Source: Octopus bimaculoides (taxonomy: Eukaryota). Taken from it: a stretch of 64,000 nt of DNA. The notes under the pieces were generated by a model. That model did no database searches, had not been told where the DNA came from, and saw only the letters and a list, made by a program, of their open reading frames with translations. Positions 51,511 to 64,000 of this stretch are shown here, piece by piece (the first letter of the stretch is position 1; every line of letters starts with the position of its first letter). The translations under genes and the position numbers were made by a program. The DNA is taken from positions 130,839,289 to 130,903,288 of the forward strand of contig NC_068982.1 of assembly GCF_001194135.2 (NCBI RefSeq). The letters run 5' to 3'.

Positions 51511-52861
51511 GGATATATATATGTATATATATATGTATATATATATATATATATATATCAGGAAATATTGGAGCATAGATTTTTAATAAACCTAAACTTG
51601 AAATGTGTTTGTTCAGATGATGGTACATCGGTTCCCTATTTGTTTTTTTTTCTGGAGTTTAGACACACAACTTCTTTATAAGATAGCGACGACCATTAGA
51701 GATGATGTGCAAACTACTTGCAGTCAAGACCATGAAGTGATTCTTATTTCCGATTGAAGCCATTCCTCATCAGCCATGAGCTAATAAATAAGGAATATCA
51801 CACTTCCCGTTTTTCTTTTCGTTTGAAAATTATAGCATTTGTATCTAACGAAATCAAATTTTACTTTTAATAAAGTTAACGAACGTTTCAGTAAACGTGA
51901 TCGTGAAACATTACGAGTAAAGAAAGTAATTCAAAGTTTTTATTTACGATTGGTTAACGAAAACAGCAATACTTTCGAGTATCGGCGGATGCTATGGTCT
52001 GAATTTCTGAGAGATTCTGCAGTGTTAGCTTTAAGCCCCTGTTAAAATCATTCTTCCTTGAAGATGTGAATGTTACAGTGCTTTCTTTCCCTTGATATTT
52101 AATACTTAATCAATCATGTATGCAAACACATTCACGAAACACTCGAACAACACAGATACACAGACAAGTGTACAAATACACGCAAACAGACACGCACACG
52201 CGCGCTCACAAAACACGCACATAAAGCTCGTATAGAGAAACAACACGATGATTAAACGTAAACAAATTTATAGAAAGTTATATTCACATTCACGTTGCAA
52301 AATAGACAACACGCGTACATATGCATTTACGTTTGTCCCTATTCCATCCTCAATCATGCTGCTCTGTTTTTCCATATCTTTTTTACATTCTTTCTATCAT
52401 AATTAAAAAACTAATTATTGTCGTTTGCTTATTCAAGATTACAGAACTCATTAGTGGTTACGTTCCTCTGTTTTCTACAATATACTCCCTAAATTAGAAA
52501 AATATTCCGTATCACTAAATATTTTTATCTATATTTCTCTGAGATAAAGTTAATGTAATCTTTAGTCATATTTTCTTCTGTTGGCGTAATTCTACACTAT
52601 TTACCCTTCCGAAAGCAATGCATGGTGTAAATATTTGAAAACTATTTCGGTCGCATAGGTCTATTAATCATTTACATAACGTTAGTCACTTGGCAGTCAT
52701 CTTGGGAATTAGAGCCCTTTGACCCTTATCTAGAGAAAAAAAATACAGCAAAATTTACTCCTGTACTGTAAATAAAGGAATGACAGAATACCAATATGTT
52801 GTATCGGCAAAATGTTGGACCGCAACATGGTGGAATACCAGGATTCAGTGAAACACAATGT

Positions 52862-53263
52862 TCTTTTCTACTCTAGGCATAAGGCCCAAAATTTTGGGGG
52901 AGGGGACCAGTATATTAGATCGACCCCAGTGCGCAACTGGTACTTAGTTTATCGAACCTGAAAGGATGAAAAGTAAAGTCAACCTCGGCGGAATTTGAAC
53001 TCAGTACGTAAAGACAGGCGAAATACCGCTAAACATTTCGCGCGGGGTGCTTAACGTTTCTGCCAGCTCGCCGCCTTAAATATTTTTTCTACTCGAGGTA
53101 CAAGGCTCGAAATTTTGGGGGAAAGGGGCCAATCGATTAAATCTACCCCAGTACGCAACTGGTACTTAATTTATCAACCCCGAAAGGATGAAAGGTAAAG
53201 GCAAATGAAGTACCGCTAAGCATTTCACCCGTCGTGCTAACGTTTCTGCCAGCTCTCAGCCTT
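52862..53263 (-). mobile_element. Head-to-tail dimer of SINE family A inside one 16-bp TSD
   Basis: Monomers at 53078-53263 and 52862-53077. TSD cagtgaaacacaatgt at 52846-52861 and 53264-53279. Confidence 0.9.
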
Positions 53264-53279
53264 CAGTGAAACACAATGT

Positions 53280-53700
53280 GGAACAATGAACATGGCTAGC
53301 ATATCTTCACACGAAAACCTTGTTCATGACTGACACACTGCTTTTCAATGACTCAATCAAAGGAGAGACAGCCACATCTTTGACTTTTGTAGGGCATCCA
53401 AGAGTGATTGAACGAAACTGATGTGCTGATTTGCACTGCCGCAAACCATCTAGATATTGACTTAGCTTTAGAACAGATGCAGTTCGACGGAATTCCTCAC
53501 AGTTTCGTTTTTATTCATATTTCAGAAGGCTTGGAAGCATCTATTGCTATGCAGAGGACACTTGTCCATTGTACAACAGTATGCGATTGCAAAACAAACT
53601 TCTGACATGACCATACCTTTGCTCACCTAACTCTTAATGACAAAGTTTGCTTTGCCGTAAATAGGTAACATTCAAGGATACAGCTTATCTCAATACATCA
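53280..53700 (-). mobile_element. Very decayed RTE-type LINE 3' fragment (continues past the SINE dimer to ~52810)
   Basis: Traces such as GKANFVIKS...KVWSCQKF, RWFA..C.SAHQ..QSLLWMP.K, resembling the RTE C-terminus (RRL.FAGHC...QSLL.W.P). Confidence 0.4.
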
Positions 53701-54049
53701 AATTTCTGAATAATGAAGGACTTTTGCAGTTTATGAAAATGAAATAAGTTTAAATCCGGTTTCGGTCATTGGATAGTTAATGGAAAGTCCCACGGCAAGA
53801 TCTCCAGCGTTCATTATTCCGTGATACTTTCGGCAATATTCAATAACTGAGAAAAAGATGTTGGATATAGAACGAATCGAGAGTAGTGATAGAGGAGAGG
53901 AAACTAGATAGAAGAATTAAGAATGGTTGAGAGAAGCATGCTTTTTGATATTACAAGAATGGTTGAGCGAAGAATGTTTTGACTATAAAAACATGTATTA
54001 TACAACCAATGAAAAATTATTACAAGCAATGCTACATCCCTATAACAAA

Positions 54050-54190
54050 GCACTTTGGCAAAAGAGACCGATAGAATAAGTACCAGGCTTTAAAAGTAAG
54101 TACAGAATTCGATTTGTTCGATCAGAGCCCTTCAAAGCGGTGCCCCAGTATAACCACCGTTTAAGGACTGAAACAAGTAAAAGTAAGAAG
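54050..54190 (+). mobile_element. SINE family B 3' module
   Basis: ggcaaaagagaccgatagaataagtaccaggc...ggtgccccag...gactgaaacaagtaaaag. Confidence 0.8.
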
Positions 54191-56717
54191 GTACAAGAAC
54201 TTCACAATATCTAACCCCTTCGTAGAATGTTTATTATGAAAGGAAATAAGTCTAATGATTTTGTGAGCGGCTTGACAGTTGGAGAATTTCTGGGTGTTCT
54301 TTTTTTAAGGTTTTCTAAGCAGTTTAGTGTCATAAACGAAGTGAAACGCTTGTAATAAGGAATCGGAAGTTGATTGTGTAGTCGAGACCACTTTTCCATG
54401 GTGTTCATCACTTTGTAGTGTTAATGAACTGAATTTAGTAAATAAAATCTTCAGTCTTATGTACTATGAACTCGATATTAAATTGAGCTAATGATCTTCA
54501 GAATGTGAGATAGAAAGGAATATACATTTTGTGATATCAAATTATATCAAAAGACTGAACATTCTTCGAAATGTTTTAAGACATATTTTTCAACTCACTT
54601 TTATCACCATTGTGATTTGAAGTTGAATTGAATTACTTTTACAACTAAACAATTCAATACATTATCGATGAATTATATTAGGAAACTATATTTAGTACTA
54701 TACTGATGCTATCATCAGTCATAAGGTACACACAGAAATGCAACTTCGGAAAAATAAAGGACAGTTCCCTGTCATGATTTGAATTCAAAATGAAAACTAA
54801 GTGAAACTAAAATGGGTACCGACAGGGTTGTGAGGTTAAAGAGTTTGCTTTGTAAACATATATTTCTAGGCCCGATTCCATTCTATAAGCAAAATATTAG
54901 TTTACCAATTAATTAGTGATGAGTCATCAAAAGTGCAGATATAAAAATTAAGCTGTCTACTACTGCTATTGTTTAATTTACAATTGCTTTATATATTAAT
55001 TGCATATTCTATACTAACGACAGAGGAAGGAAATCGGGTACGTCTTGGGAGGAGAAGTTAACAACCTGCGAAACTTCGTCCTCAAATCTTTTTCTCACAT
55101 CGAAAGTAACGAATTTCTCCTCGTTTTTAATATATGAATTTGCTGATTCACGATATGTTATATAATAAAATACATATTGTGTAATTAATGAAGTGCCTTC
55201 AAATGCACAACTATACAAATCAAACTATCAAACCGGGTTATTTATCATTGATTTATATAGCAGCTCAATATCCTGCACTGTCGACAGAGGAATGAAATCA
55301 GATCAATCTTTAAGTAGCGGTCAACAAACTATGAGTCTGGAGACTCTTCGCTCTTTGTCAACACATAGAAAAATATTGGAGGGAAGTTTTTATATTCTTA
55401 TAATTTCCTTTCACAACTATGTTTTCTAATGCTTGTCTGTGTGCATGTATTTATATTTAAATACAATTATGAATATTCCACAAAAAATCAATTGTACTTC
55501 TTAAAGATCAACCAAAAAATCGCAGTAAACGAATAACTTAGAGCAATATAATAGAATGAATGCAGATAAATGTTGAGCAACATAGATGTATTTTATACAA
55601 AATTACATGCTGAGCAGATGAGACCGCGTTGAGAAAGTTCGGTTTATGAAATGGCCATTAATTAGATATGTTGCACTAGATGTCATCATAGAAAATCGGT
55701 TTCTGGTGTTGCATTGAAATTCTCATTTAGAAACCAGACCTTCTTACATCTTTCATCATGACACTGACAGTTCCTGAATGATACACACATTTTCATATAT
55801 CCGTAGGTTGAGAAGATTTTAAAAATTTAGTGCAGAAAATACATTTACTGAATATGAAATGCTGAAACAGATATATGCCTTTTCGCTTTTATGCGCATAT
55901 ATTTCTCACGCTCTGCACAATGTCTGAAACTGTAATTTGTTGCAAAGTCTGTGCTTCTAAGATGTCCTAAATGATATAAAATTCAGACTATACTAAAATA
56001 AGATATATAATCTGCTTGCCATAGTTCCATGCTGATTATGAATGTATGCCCTAATAGCTGTGTTGCCAATAAATGTAAACTACTAATGAAATTTGATATA
56101 CCAACACATATCTCTATAAACAAACTAGTCATTTTTCTTTACCCCACCCGAAGATGAGAGTGTTAGGATTAAGAGATGCAAATTCTCATAGTACTGGTTT
56201 GCTGAGCTGCTTTCAATCTGCAAAAATTGGTGTCAAAGTCACTTGTTGAGATATCCAGTAAATTTTGGTGGCTGTAAGACTGACATATAATACGTAAGCG
56301 GAGTAGCAATAAAGGGAGTACGTTTATTCTAGTGATCATGTGCTAGATTTAATAACTAAAAGAAATATTTGGGTGTGTCATGCAGACATAAAACATCCTT
56401 GCAAGATGTGCATAAAGGAAATAGTAACCTTTCATTGTATACATCAGGGTAAGTCCGTGTGTCTTTAACACACCACCCACTGCGACAAACGTGCTCGTGT
56501 GAATTTGACGCCTTCCACCACAATATTTTATCTTCGTAAGGCTTCGTGTTCTCACGGATCAGTCGAATTAAATGTCTACTATATGCTCATCTTTGCCTAA
56601 ATACAGGTAAATATGTGGAGAGCTTCCGAACTGTTCTTATTGTTGATTATATCCAGTTAGCTTTGTCTCTCTTTGTAATCAACCTATGCGTTTAGATGTA
56701 TTTCTCTGATTGTGAAT

Positions 56718-57025
56718 GGGAGTGGCTAAGTGGATAGGATATTCGGCTCACGATCGTAAGGTCTTGAGTCTGATTCCCAGCGCCGCGTTGCATCCTTGAG
56801 CAAGACACTTTATTTCACGTTGCTTCAGTCCACTCTGTTGGCAAAAATGAGTAGTACTTGTATTTCAAAGGGCCAGCCTTGTCACATTATGTATCAAACT
56901 GAGAACTACACCAATTCTATGCGTGTCTGTGAAGTGCTCAGTCACTTTCACGTTGATTTCATGAAAAGGCTGTTCTGTGATCGGATCAACTGGAAACCCT
57001 CGTCGTCGTAACCGACGGAGTGCCA
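56718..57025 (+). mobile_element. tRNA-derived SINE with CORE/V-like body and family-C-type 3' tail
   Basis: A box gtggctaagtgg, B-box-like gagtctgattccc, ccttgagcaagacactttatttcacg, then gggccagccttgtcac...ggatcaactggaaaccctcgtcgtcgtaaccgacggagtgcc, shared with 26786-27172. Confidence 0.85.
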
Positions 57026-59209
57026 GTTTGATTTCCCTGATCAGTTAAATATCTCTTCATGTACATATGATTACATTCATACATATATTCGTGTATGATG
57101 AAGGCAAATGATACGTCCATGCACTGCAGTCAACAAACTGCCTCACCTCCTAAACTATAGTTGAATATTTTTTTTTTATTTCATGCTAAAAAATTACTGT
57201 TTTTTTTATATCCCGCTACACCCCACTGCTCAAATATGATGGCTCTGTTAGCTGTACTCTTTCGGTTAAAGTCTCCATATCTGTTGTCCGTTTTGCATCC
57301 AACTCGCAATGCACAAAATAGAAAACGCTTCTAATCTTTCTTTCTTCCCACTATACCAGGCTTAGTACTACGTATAGATGCACTCTAAATGCAAAGATCG
57401 GATCTTAAGAAAAATCATACTTGGATCAGAGAAATACATTAAAAGGTGAGATTGTTTTCGCTAACCGAGCATACGTTATATATATATATAGATATATAGA
57501 TATAGATAGATAGATAGATAGATAGATGGACGTGTGTGTCTATGTGTATATACATTCATGCACACAAACACATATGTAAATACAGATAGACAAACATACA
57601 GATAGATAGATATTACGGAGAACGGCAGAGATAAGGAAAGACTAGAAAATATAGGAGGGATAGTGCCCACTACTTTTGAGGATTCTCCTGGCTTGGAGAG
57701 GTCAGAGTGCTTGTTATCCAGTTTCAATACAAACACAGATCGATAGTGGCTTGAAAACAAGTGGTCGAGAGAATACTGCTCCATGAAAGGAAATCTGATG
57801 CAAAATACTCGGAATGTGATATCTAATAAAAGAGACAAAGTAAAGGGTGTCAGCAGGTCTGAACAGGAGCTTTCAGATAGCTGTTTCAGGGGAGAATGTT
57901 GTTGCCATACAAAAGGAAGACAGAATAAATAGTGAACCTGTGTCAGTCATTGTTAATAGTGTGTCGGTGCCTGAAAATTTGTCGATCTTGAGTTTCTTTT
58001 AGCTTAAATATGAACTATGGTGTTTACGTGTGTAGCAACGTTATCCAAAGGTGGACAAGTACTCAAATAAAACCCAGCAATATTGGGTTTTATTTGAGCT
58101 TTGTAAACGGATCAGCAAAGCTTTAAAGATTAGTGATGGTGATTTTCTTTGTTTTGTAAGTCATATATATAAGACTGACATGAATGAATCCCCATCAATT
58201 GTTTGAGCCAAGAAGGAAGCCTCTGCATAGCAAAACTGAATTACTGAATAATGTATCCCTGAGTAAATCTTTATTTTCTTTAAATCTTTCAATACCCTGA
58301 GACGAACTTCGGTCTTCGTATCTTCGGGATTGATATAGTATGAGTTAAGTAATAGAGTCGATTCAATCAATTAATCTCCTTTCGCCAAAATTTCTGGTTT
58401 GTGTCTGTTAGGAATAATTATACTTTTTCAGATTTTCCGACAAAGGAACGATGTCACTTAATTCGAGGGTAGAAGTTAGTCGATTATATCGACCTAGTAC
58501 TTGGTTGAATGAAAAGTAAATTTGAACGCAGTGATTTGAACTCTTTAAAGACACGCAGACACTAATGCAAATCCAAAGGAAGTAAGGGTTCCTAATTTAG
58601 AGCCAAGGTCAGCAACTTTAAGGGGTGTCTATACTATTGCCTCTATTATTTGCGTGATGCTTATTCGATAGTATGAAAGAATAAATGGGAAATGTTGGCC
58701 TCAGTGGGATCTAAACTCTAGAATATACAACTAAACAACATTAACAACTAGAATATATGCGACATTATTTTCTGATGCTGTAATTCCTGCAAGTCCACCA
58801 CCCTAAAGAAAGCGTCAATAAATACATTAATGATATATATACAATTTCCTTAATTATCCCTACTTACTAAATATTTACAATTCCTGATGTTTTAAAAAAA
58901 GGTAAAGTTCAGAATATTTTTTTCTTTTATATAATATACTGTTGTACACCTTCGAAATAGTTTGCATTACTATTAAATGGGAGGAGAAAACAGAAAATGG
59001 GATCAATTCAAGTTCTAATTACCTACTTTGTTTACTGAGGGGTATTTAGATGGGAATGCAAATATTTACTTTTTATCACCTTAATACATTTCGAACAATA
59101 ATAGAACGCTAATAATCTCGGCAATTCATCCCTCGAATATATAAATGGTTTTCAGCTCAAAGTTCACTTATATGTTTATTCACTAAGGGACACCGATGAA
59201 AAAAAAGGG

Positions 59210-59210
<1 letters not shown>

Positions 59211-59256
<46 letters not shown>
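59211..59256. repeat. (AC)n microsatellite
   Basis: Directly visible. Confidence 0.95.
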
Positions 59257-59262
<6 letters not shown>

Positions 59263-60605
59263 GATATATATGTGTTGTGTATGTATATTCATATATATAT
59301 ATATGAATATATGTATGTGTATATCCCTCTTGTTATATATACAAATAGAAGTGTATAAGTGTAGGCGTGAGTGTATATTTAAAATGTGTGTGTGTGTGTG
59401 TGTGTGTTTGAAAGATATATAGATTGATAGATAAATAGATAGATCAAAGTTCGCGGGTATATTTTTTCACTCGGGTACTCCAGGTCATAAATATTCCATG
59501 ACACCTATAGTGACATACCCGCTGCATAGGTGTGTGCGCAGATACGTACACATACGTAGAGATAACGAGCGTTATAGTCCCTCCTTAATGTGTTTATTAT
59601 CCTATATCTAACTGTAATTTTTTTTTTCTCAGAAGCAACATACATCACTTATTCAAACAAAACTCGATTCTCAAGCATTTGTTTTTGGTGGTTTTTATGG
59701 GGTTTTCTTTTCTTTCACATTCTCTTCATTGTAATAATATACACACTGTATTATTCTCATAGCTAAAGGTATATCTTCTCATTGCTCGCTTTCAAAAGGA
59801 ATGCTTTCAAAGTCAACATAATTATTAGCAAGTTCATGATATCGAAGTCGAACAACAACCACGATTGTTCTACCAGTTTTTACACGCCCAAACTACAACA
59901 CCTTAACACTCTCACCAGCACCATCGTTGCGGAAAATCTTAATGCCTTCAGTGTCGTGGTTTTCAAACAATACAGATAACAAAAGCGGGAGCAAAACAAC
60001 ATCGCAACTGAACTCCCTTTACATCATAGGTCACTCGCACACGCACACGCACACGCACACACACTCGCTCACATGCACATATAAATATCTTCCATTCAAC
60101 TGCAACAGCTGTTACGAAGACATCGCGTTCAGTTCCACATATCAGACTTTCACAATAACTTGGCAAATAATACCCCATCTTTTTCCGGAGCATCAAATAA
60201 TTATCATCACAATACACAACCACACATCGGCGAAGAACGCAAATTACATTTATGCAAAGCTTCAACAATTCACAATAGAATAAGTTCCATCAAGAATCGG
60301 AATCACTATTTTCGGAATTCATCAACGCTGCAGCTAACATAAACACTGTTCATACATATATTCGAAATATATTATAGACTCATAAAAAAAAAACTTTCGT
60401 ACATGACAACACAACTGAAACTTTTGAAAGTTACCAACCCATAAAAAACAGAACACTAAAATTACACATAACTGAAATATAACACAGCATAAACAACTTA
60501 GCAAGGAAATAACTAAAAGAAAATGTTGCAGAAAAAAGAATAAAAAACTGGCAAACATCCAGCATAAACAGTAAAACTAACAAATTTTTTATATAGTCAT
60601 TAGCA

Positions 60606-60809
60606 ATATCCTTTCTACTATAGGCGCAAGACCTAAAATCTGTGGAAGGGGGTAGTCGATTATATTGACCCCAGTACTCAATTTATCGAGCTGGAAGAAT
60701 GAAAGGCAAAGTAGACCTCAGCCGAATTTGAACTCAGAACGTGGCGACGGCCGAAAGACGGCTAAACATTTAGCCCGGCGTGTTAATGATTCTGCCAGCT
60801 CGCTGCCTT
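60606..60809 (-). mobile_element. SINE family A
   Basis: gaatgaaaggcaaagtagacctcagccgaatttgaactcagaacg...tgattctgccagctcgctgcc. Confidence 0.85.
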
Positions 60810-61494
60810 AACATATACGTAATGTCAGTATCTTCTTTTCGGGCTTAGCAAGCGACATAGAACATGATGTAACAGTAATAGAATTAGTGATTTCAGTTCT
60901 AAATTGAATCCAATTCATGTACATACCCTATACATTGAGAAAGCAAACATCGGAAAATTCATTCTTTGTTGGTTCCTTAGTCTCTGCCTAAAACGACAAT
61001 ATCCTCTATCGTTGATTATAGTGGTTTGATAGAAACTTTAATGCAGCGGACGAAGTTCCTTATGGTATATGAATTCAGATCCTGCCGAGAACAACTTTGC
61101 TTTATCTTTTGGAAGTCGAAGAAATAAAGCCAGGAGCTGGATCGTTGTAATCGATTAACTCCCTTCGATTCGTCTCAAAATGACTGGTCCTTTGCCTGTT
61201 TTAGAAATGAAATTTCTAGTTTGCCTTTAACGCCCCTTTCACTGAATGCCATCAAAAACTATCATTTTTCATGTGAATGGTGTCCCTGCGATACTCATAT
61301 AAATAATTCTATTCATCTACACCAATCAAAGTAGACTGTTCTATATTTACTCAGTCCCATCCCACTTACCTAAGTTGATTATAATTTGCTGATGTGGTCA
61401 CAGTAAGACCAAAAAACTGATTTCAGTTTCCTTCCATATTAATAGTAATTATTGGCTAATATCGTTTTATTATGGAAATTTGTAGTTTAACGAG

Positions 61495-61715
61495 GGTTGT
61501 GACTTGGTAGAATCGTTAGTACGTCGGAGAAACTACCTTGTGAGATTCCTTCCATTCTTTATTTTCTGGGTTCAAATCCTGCCGAGGTCAGATTTGCCTT
61601 TCATCCTTTCGATGGTAGACAAAATAAAGAACCGGTCAAATACTGGAGTCGAATATGTCGACCAATCCCGTAACTCAGAATTGCTGACCTTGGGTCTCAT
61701 TTAGACACTATTATT
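61495..61715 (+). mobile_element. Old SINE family A-like copy
   Basis: ggtagaatcgttag...gggttcaaatcctgccgaggtcagatttgcctttcatcctttcg. Confidence 0.7.
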
Positions 61716-62503
61716 TTAAATGCAGTGAGCAAGCAAAACCGTATGAGTGTCGGGAAAAAATGCCTTGATAAAATAAATTCAAGCCACTCAAGTTCTGGAG
61801 TAGATATTAATAACAAACCGACTCCACGAAATTGTTAGACTTTTTGCCTAAATTAGAAACCGTTATTTCTAGTTTAGCTTTTTAGTGATCCCTACGTTAA
61901 ATCTCTAAATATGTTAACAATAATTTCCTTGTTAATTTGCATCTAACGCGAAATACGAGTTTATAACGAATCAATCTTAAATGTCAACGAATTGTTAACT
62001 GCAATTACGGAAGAAAGGAATCCTGGGAAACAGGAAACTTTCTGTTGCTCTCATCTTGAAATATAGAGTATTGTAATGATAATGTTAATTGATGTTTTAT
62101 TACTATTATTTGCTGAACCTTACTGCTAGAAGCATAGAATACATTGGTGACCGGACGTCACAATTTTTGTAGATAAGGTATTAATAGGGTAATGTGGATT
62201 CATGAGATAAGTAATCTAATATTTTGAGCTTTATTTGTTTATTTCTTTATTTCATATGTTATTTTAGTGAACAATACATTCTTTGGTTACACATTTGCCA
62301 GTGGGGCAATCTTTGGTTCACTGCCTTTCTGACAACAAGAGGATGTCTATAACTCGGTGAGGAAGAAATATGGTAAACGCTCGCTCGAAGGCCATCATTT
62401 TTTTTTTTTTTTAGTTCACTCGCTGATACATATACACACACGCATTTACACATACCCACACATTTATATAAATATATACATGTATGTGCGCCTGTATGTG
62501 CGC

Positions 62504-62660
62504 ACGACATGCTTCTGCTCAATATATGCCCCTTTAATTTTTCACAAGGCAATGACCAATCCAGATCTACGGTAAAAGTTACATACCCAAGGTGCTGCTT
62601 ACTAGGGACCGCAAGTAAAATGGTGCTGTTGTGAAGCAAATTTCTTAAGCACATACTTAT
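62504..62660 (-). mobile_element. Old SINE family B, 5' half
   Basis: acgacatgcttc...tcacaaggcaatgacc...cccaaggtgc...gaagcaaatttctta; loose match to the family B reverse complement. Confidence 0.55.
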
Positions 62661-62837
62661 GGCGTTTTTACATACATTTTACCGATGAAAATTACGAGCT
62701 AAACAGTAAGGTCCACGGTTGCTTATATGAAGGCAAGATATTACAGCTATTAAATTACGGTACTTCTGCATATATTAAGTCTTTGAACTTCATAAAAAAT
62801 TGTTTAGAAATGTAAGAGTGCCAGCGATAATTCGTGC

Positions 62838-63228
62838 ACTAGGCTGGCTGTGAGGCACGAAGTTTGCTTCGAAACAACGATTCAGGGTTCAATTTCTCTG
62901 CTTGGCACCTTAGACAAATGTCTTCTACTATAGCTTCGGGCCTGCCAAAGACTTGGGAGTGGATTTTATTGACGGAAATTGTAAGAATCCCGTCGTATAT
63001 ATGTGTCATTATATATCTATATGTGTCTTTGTGTCTGTTTTGTCCAATACCAGCGCTTCACAACCGGAGTTGGTTTGTTTACGTCCCCGTAACTTAGCGG
63101 TTCGGCAAAAGAAATTGATGGAATTAGTACCGGGCTTAAAAGAGCCGATTCGTTCGATAACAAACTCTTCAAGGTGGTGCTCCAACATGGTCTCCATTAA
63201 GGACTGAAACAAGTAAAAGATAAAAGAT
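62838..63228 (+). mobile_element. Near full-length SINE family B
   Basis: gggttcaatttc...caccttagacaaatgtcttctactatagc...acgtccccgtaacttagcggttcggcaaaag...gactgaaacaagtaaaag. Confidence 0.85.
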
Positions 63229-63558
63229 ATCCAAATAGATACAACACACGTAACTCAATTATTGTAAAACCACCGACTGAATATTTGGTTAACCTGAGCA
63301 CTCACTTTCTCACTCTCTCTCCCTCTCTGTCTAACTCCACCCACACACACGCTCGCTCTCTCTCGCTCTCTCTCTCTCTATCTCTCTTTCTCTCTCTCTC
63401 TCTCTCTCTCATTTCCCTCTTATTCTCACTGTCTCACTCTAACACACACACACACACACTCTCTCTCAAGGGAGTGCAATGGGGAGTTCTGGATGTTTAA
63501 AGAGATTGGAAATTTTCTTAGAAATAAAAATATTTAAATCAAGTACAATACTTATATA

Positions 63559-64000
63559 CGTGATCTGATCAATAAGTATCCGGACTGCTGCCATAACAAA
63601 GCTAAAGCACTCAGAGTAAAGCCGTTTGGCACAGATTGACCTTTAACCCTCCTGTGCATGCGCACTACGTTTTAACGTTCTAGCTCACTTTGTTGCTTAC
63701 ATCAGTGCTTGGAAGGAACGTGTGTAGTGTGTGATCGTTACATTGACCATGATAGAGAAAGTTAGTCAGAGAATCTGCATCAAATTTTGCCAAAACCTTA
63801 GCGATACCTGCTCAGAGGCGTACGCAAATTTTTCAAGTTTTCCTCGTTCTCGACATAATCAAGATCTTGTGCAACTGAAACCCTAATGTCTTTTTTGGTC
63901 AGCTGAAAGTAGTCTTGGCACAAACTTGGCAGACACGCGTCTCGTACTCAAATCTTCAGTGATAACGGACTGAACTGAACCGTAACTAATCTGCACATCT
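63559..64000. mobile_element. Second mariner-family element, internally inverted; runs off the window edge
   Basis: TA followed by the terminal sequence cgtgatctgatcaataagtatccggact. Plus-strand transposase start at 63749: MIEKVSQRICIKFCQNLSDTCSEAYA. From ~63830 the minus strand encodes ISYGSVQSVITEDLSTRRVSAKFVPRLLSADQK.IRVSVAQDL. Confidence 0.85.

Noticed and set aside
51745-51775. Minus-strand CTGATGA...GAAA spacing
   Set aside because: Stem II does not close and there is no stem III or UH triplet.
53754-53783. Minus-strand ...tccaatgaccgaaaccggat, similar to the hammerhead GAAACCGG motif
   Set aside because: Core heptamer, cleavage triplet and stem I are all broken; cannot be distinguished from chance.
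59780-60340. Repeat-poor, CpG-retaining stretch that could be a UTR or regulatory region (similar at 7940-8110 and 41030-41260)
   Set aside because: No ORF, splice structure or motif evidence; cannot be supported without transcript or conservation data.

Overview
AT-rich, microsatellite-dense, non-coding animal DNA with six assembly gaps, each flanked by simple repeats. The SINE families and repeat landscape most resemble an Octopus genome (inferred, not database-verified). No host protein-coding exon, rRNA, true tRNA gene or CRISPR array can be supported. The short ORFs in the track are microsatellite or N-gap artefacts, or pieces of dead transposons. The window is a transposon graveyard: one full-length decayed DD34D mariner (19.9-21.1 kb); a second mariner with an internal inversion at the right edge; five R4/Dong-type (RLE) LINE pieces; two internally deleted L1/Tx1-type LINEs; three RTE-type LINE remnants; a Kolobok-like MITE; and about 20 tRNA-derived SINEs. 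The most interesting signals are RNA-structural. There are three minimal type I hammerhead ribozyme motifs on the minus strand. Two of them (8378-8410 and 33139-33186) share a non-canonical core, AUGAUUA instead of CUGAUGA, which swaps the C3-G8 tertiary pair for a compensatory A3-U8 pair. There is also an HDV-like double-pseudoknot relic at the 5' end of an RTE-like remnant, and an R4/Dong-like family whose copies sit inside (TATG)n/(CATA)n microsatellites, suggesting target specificity.
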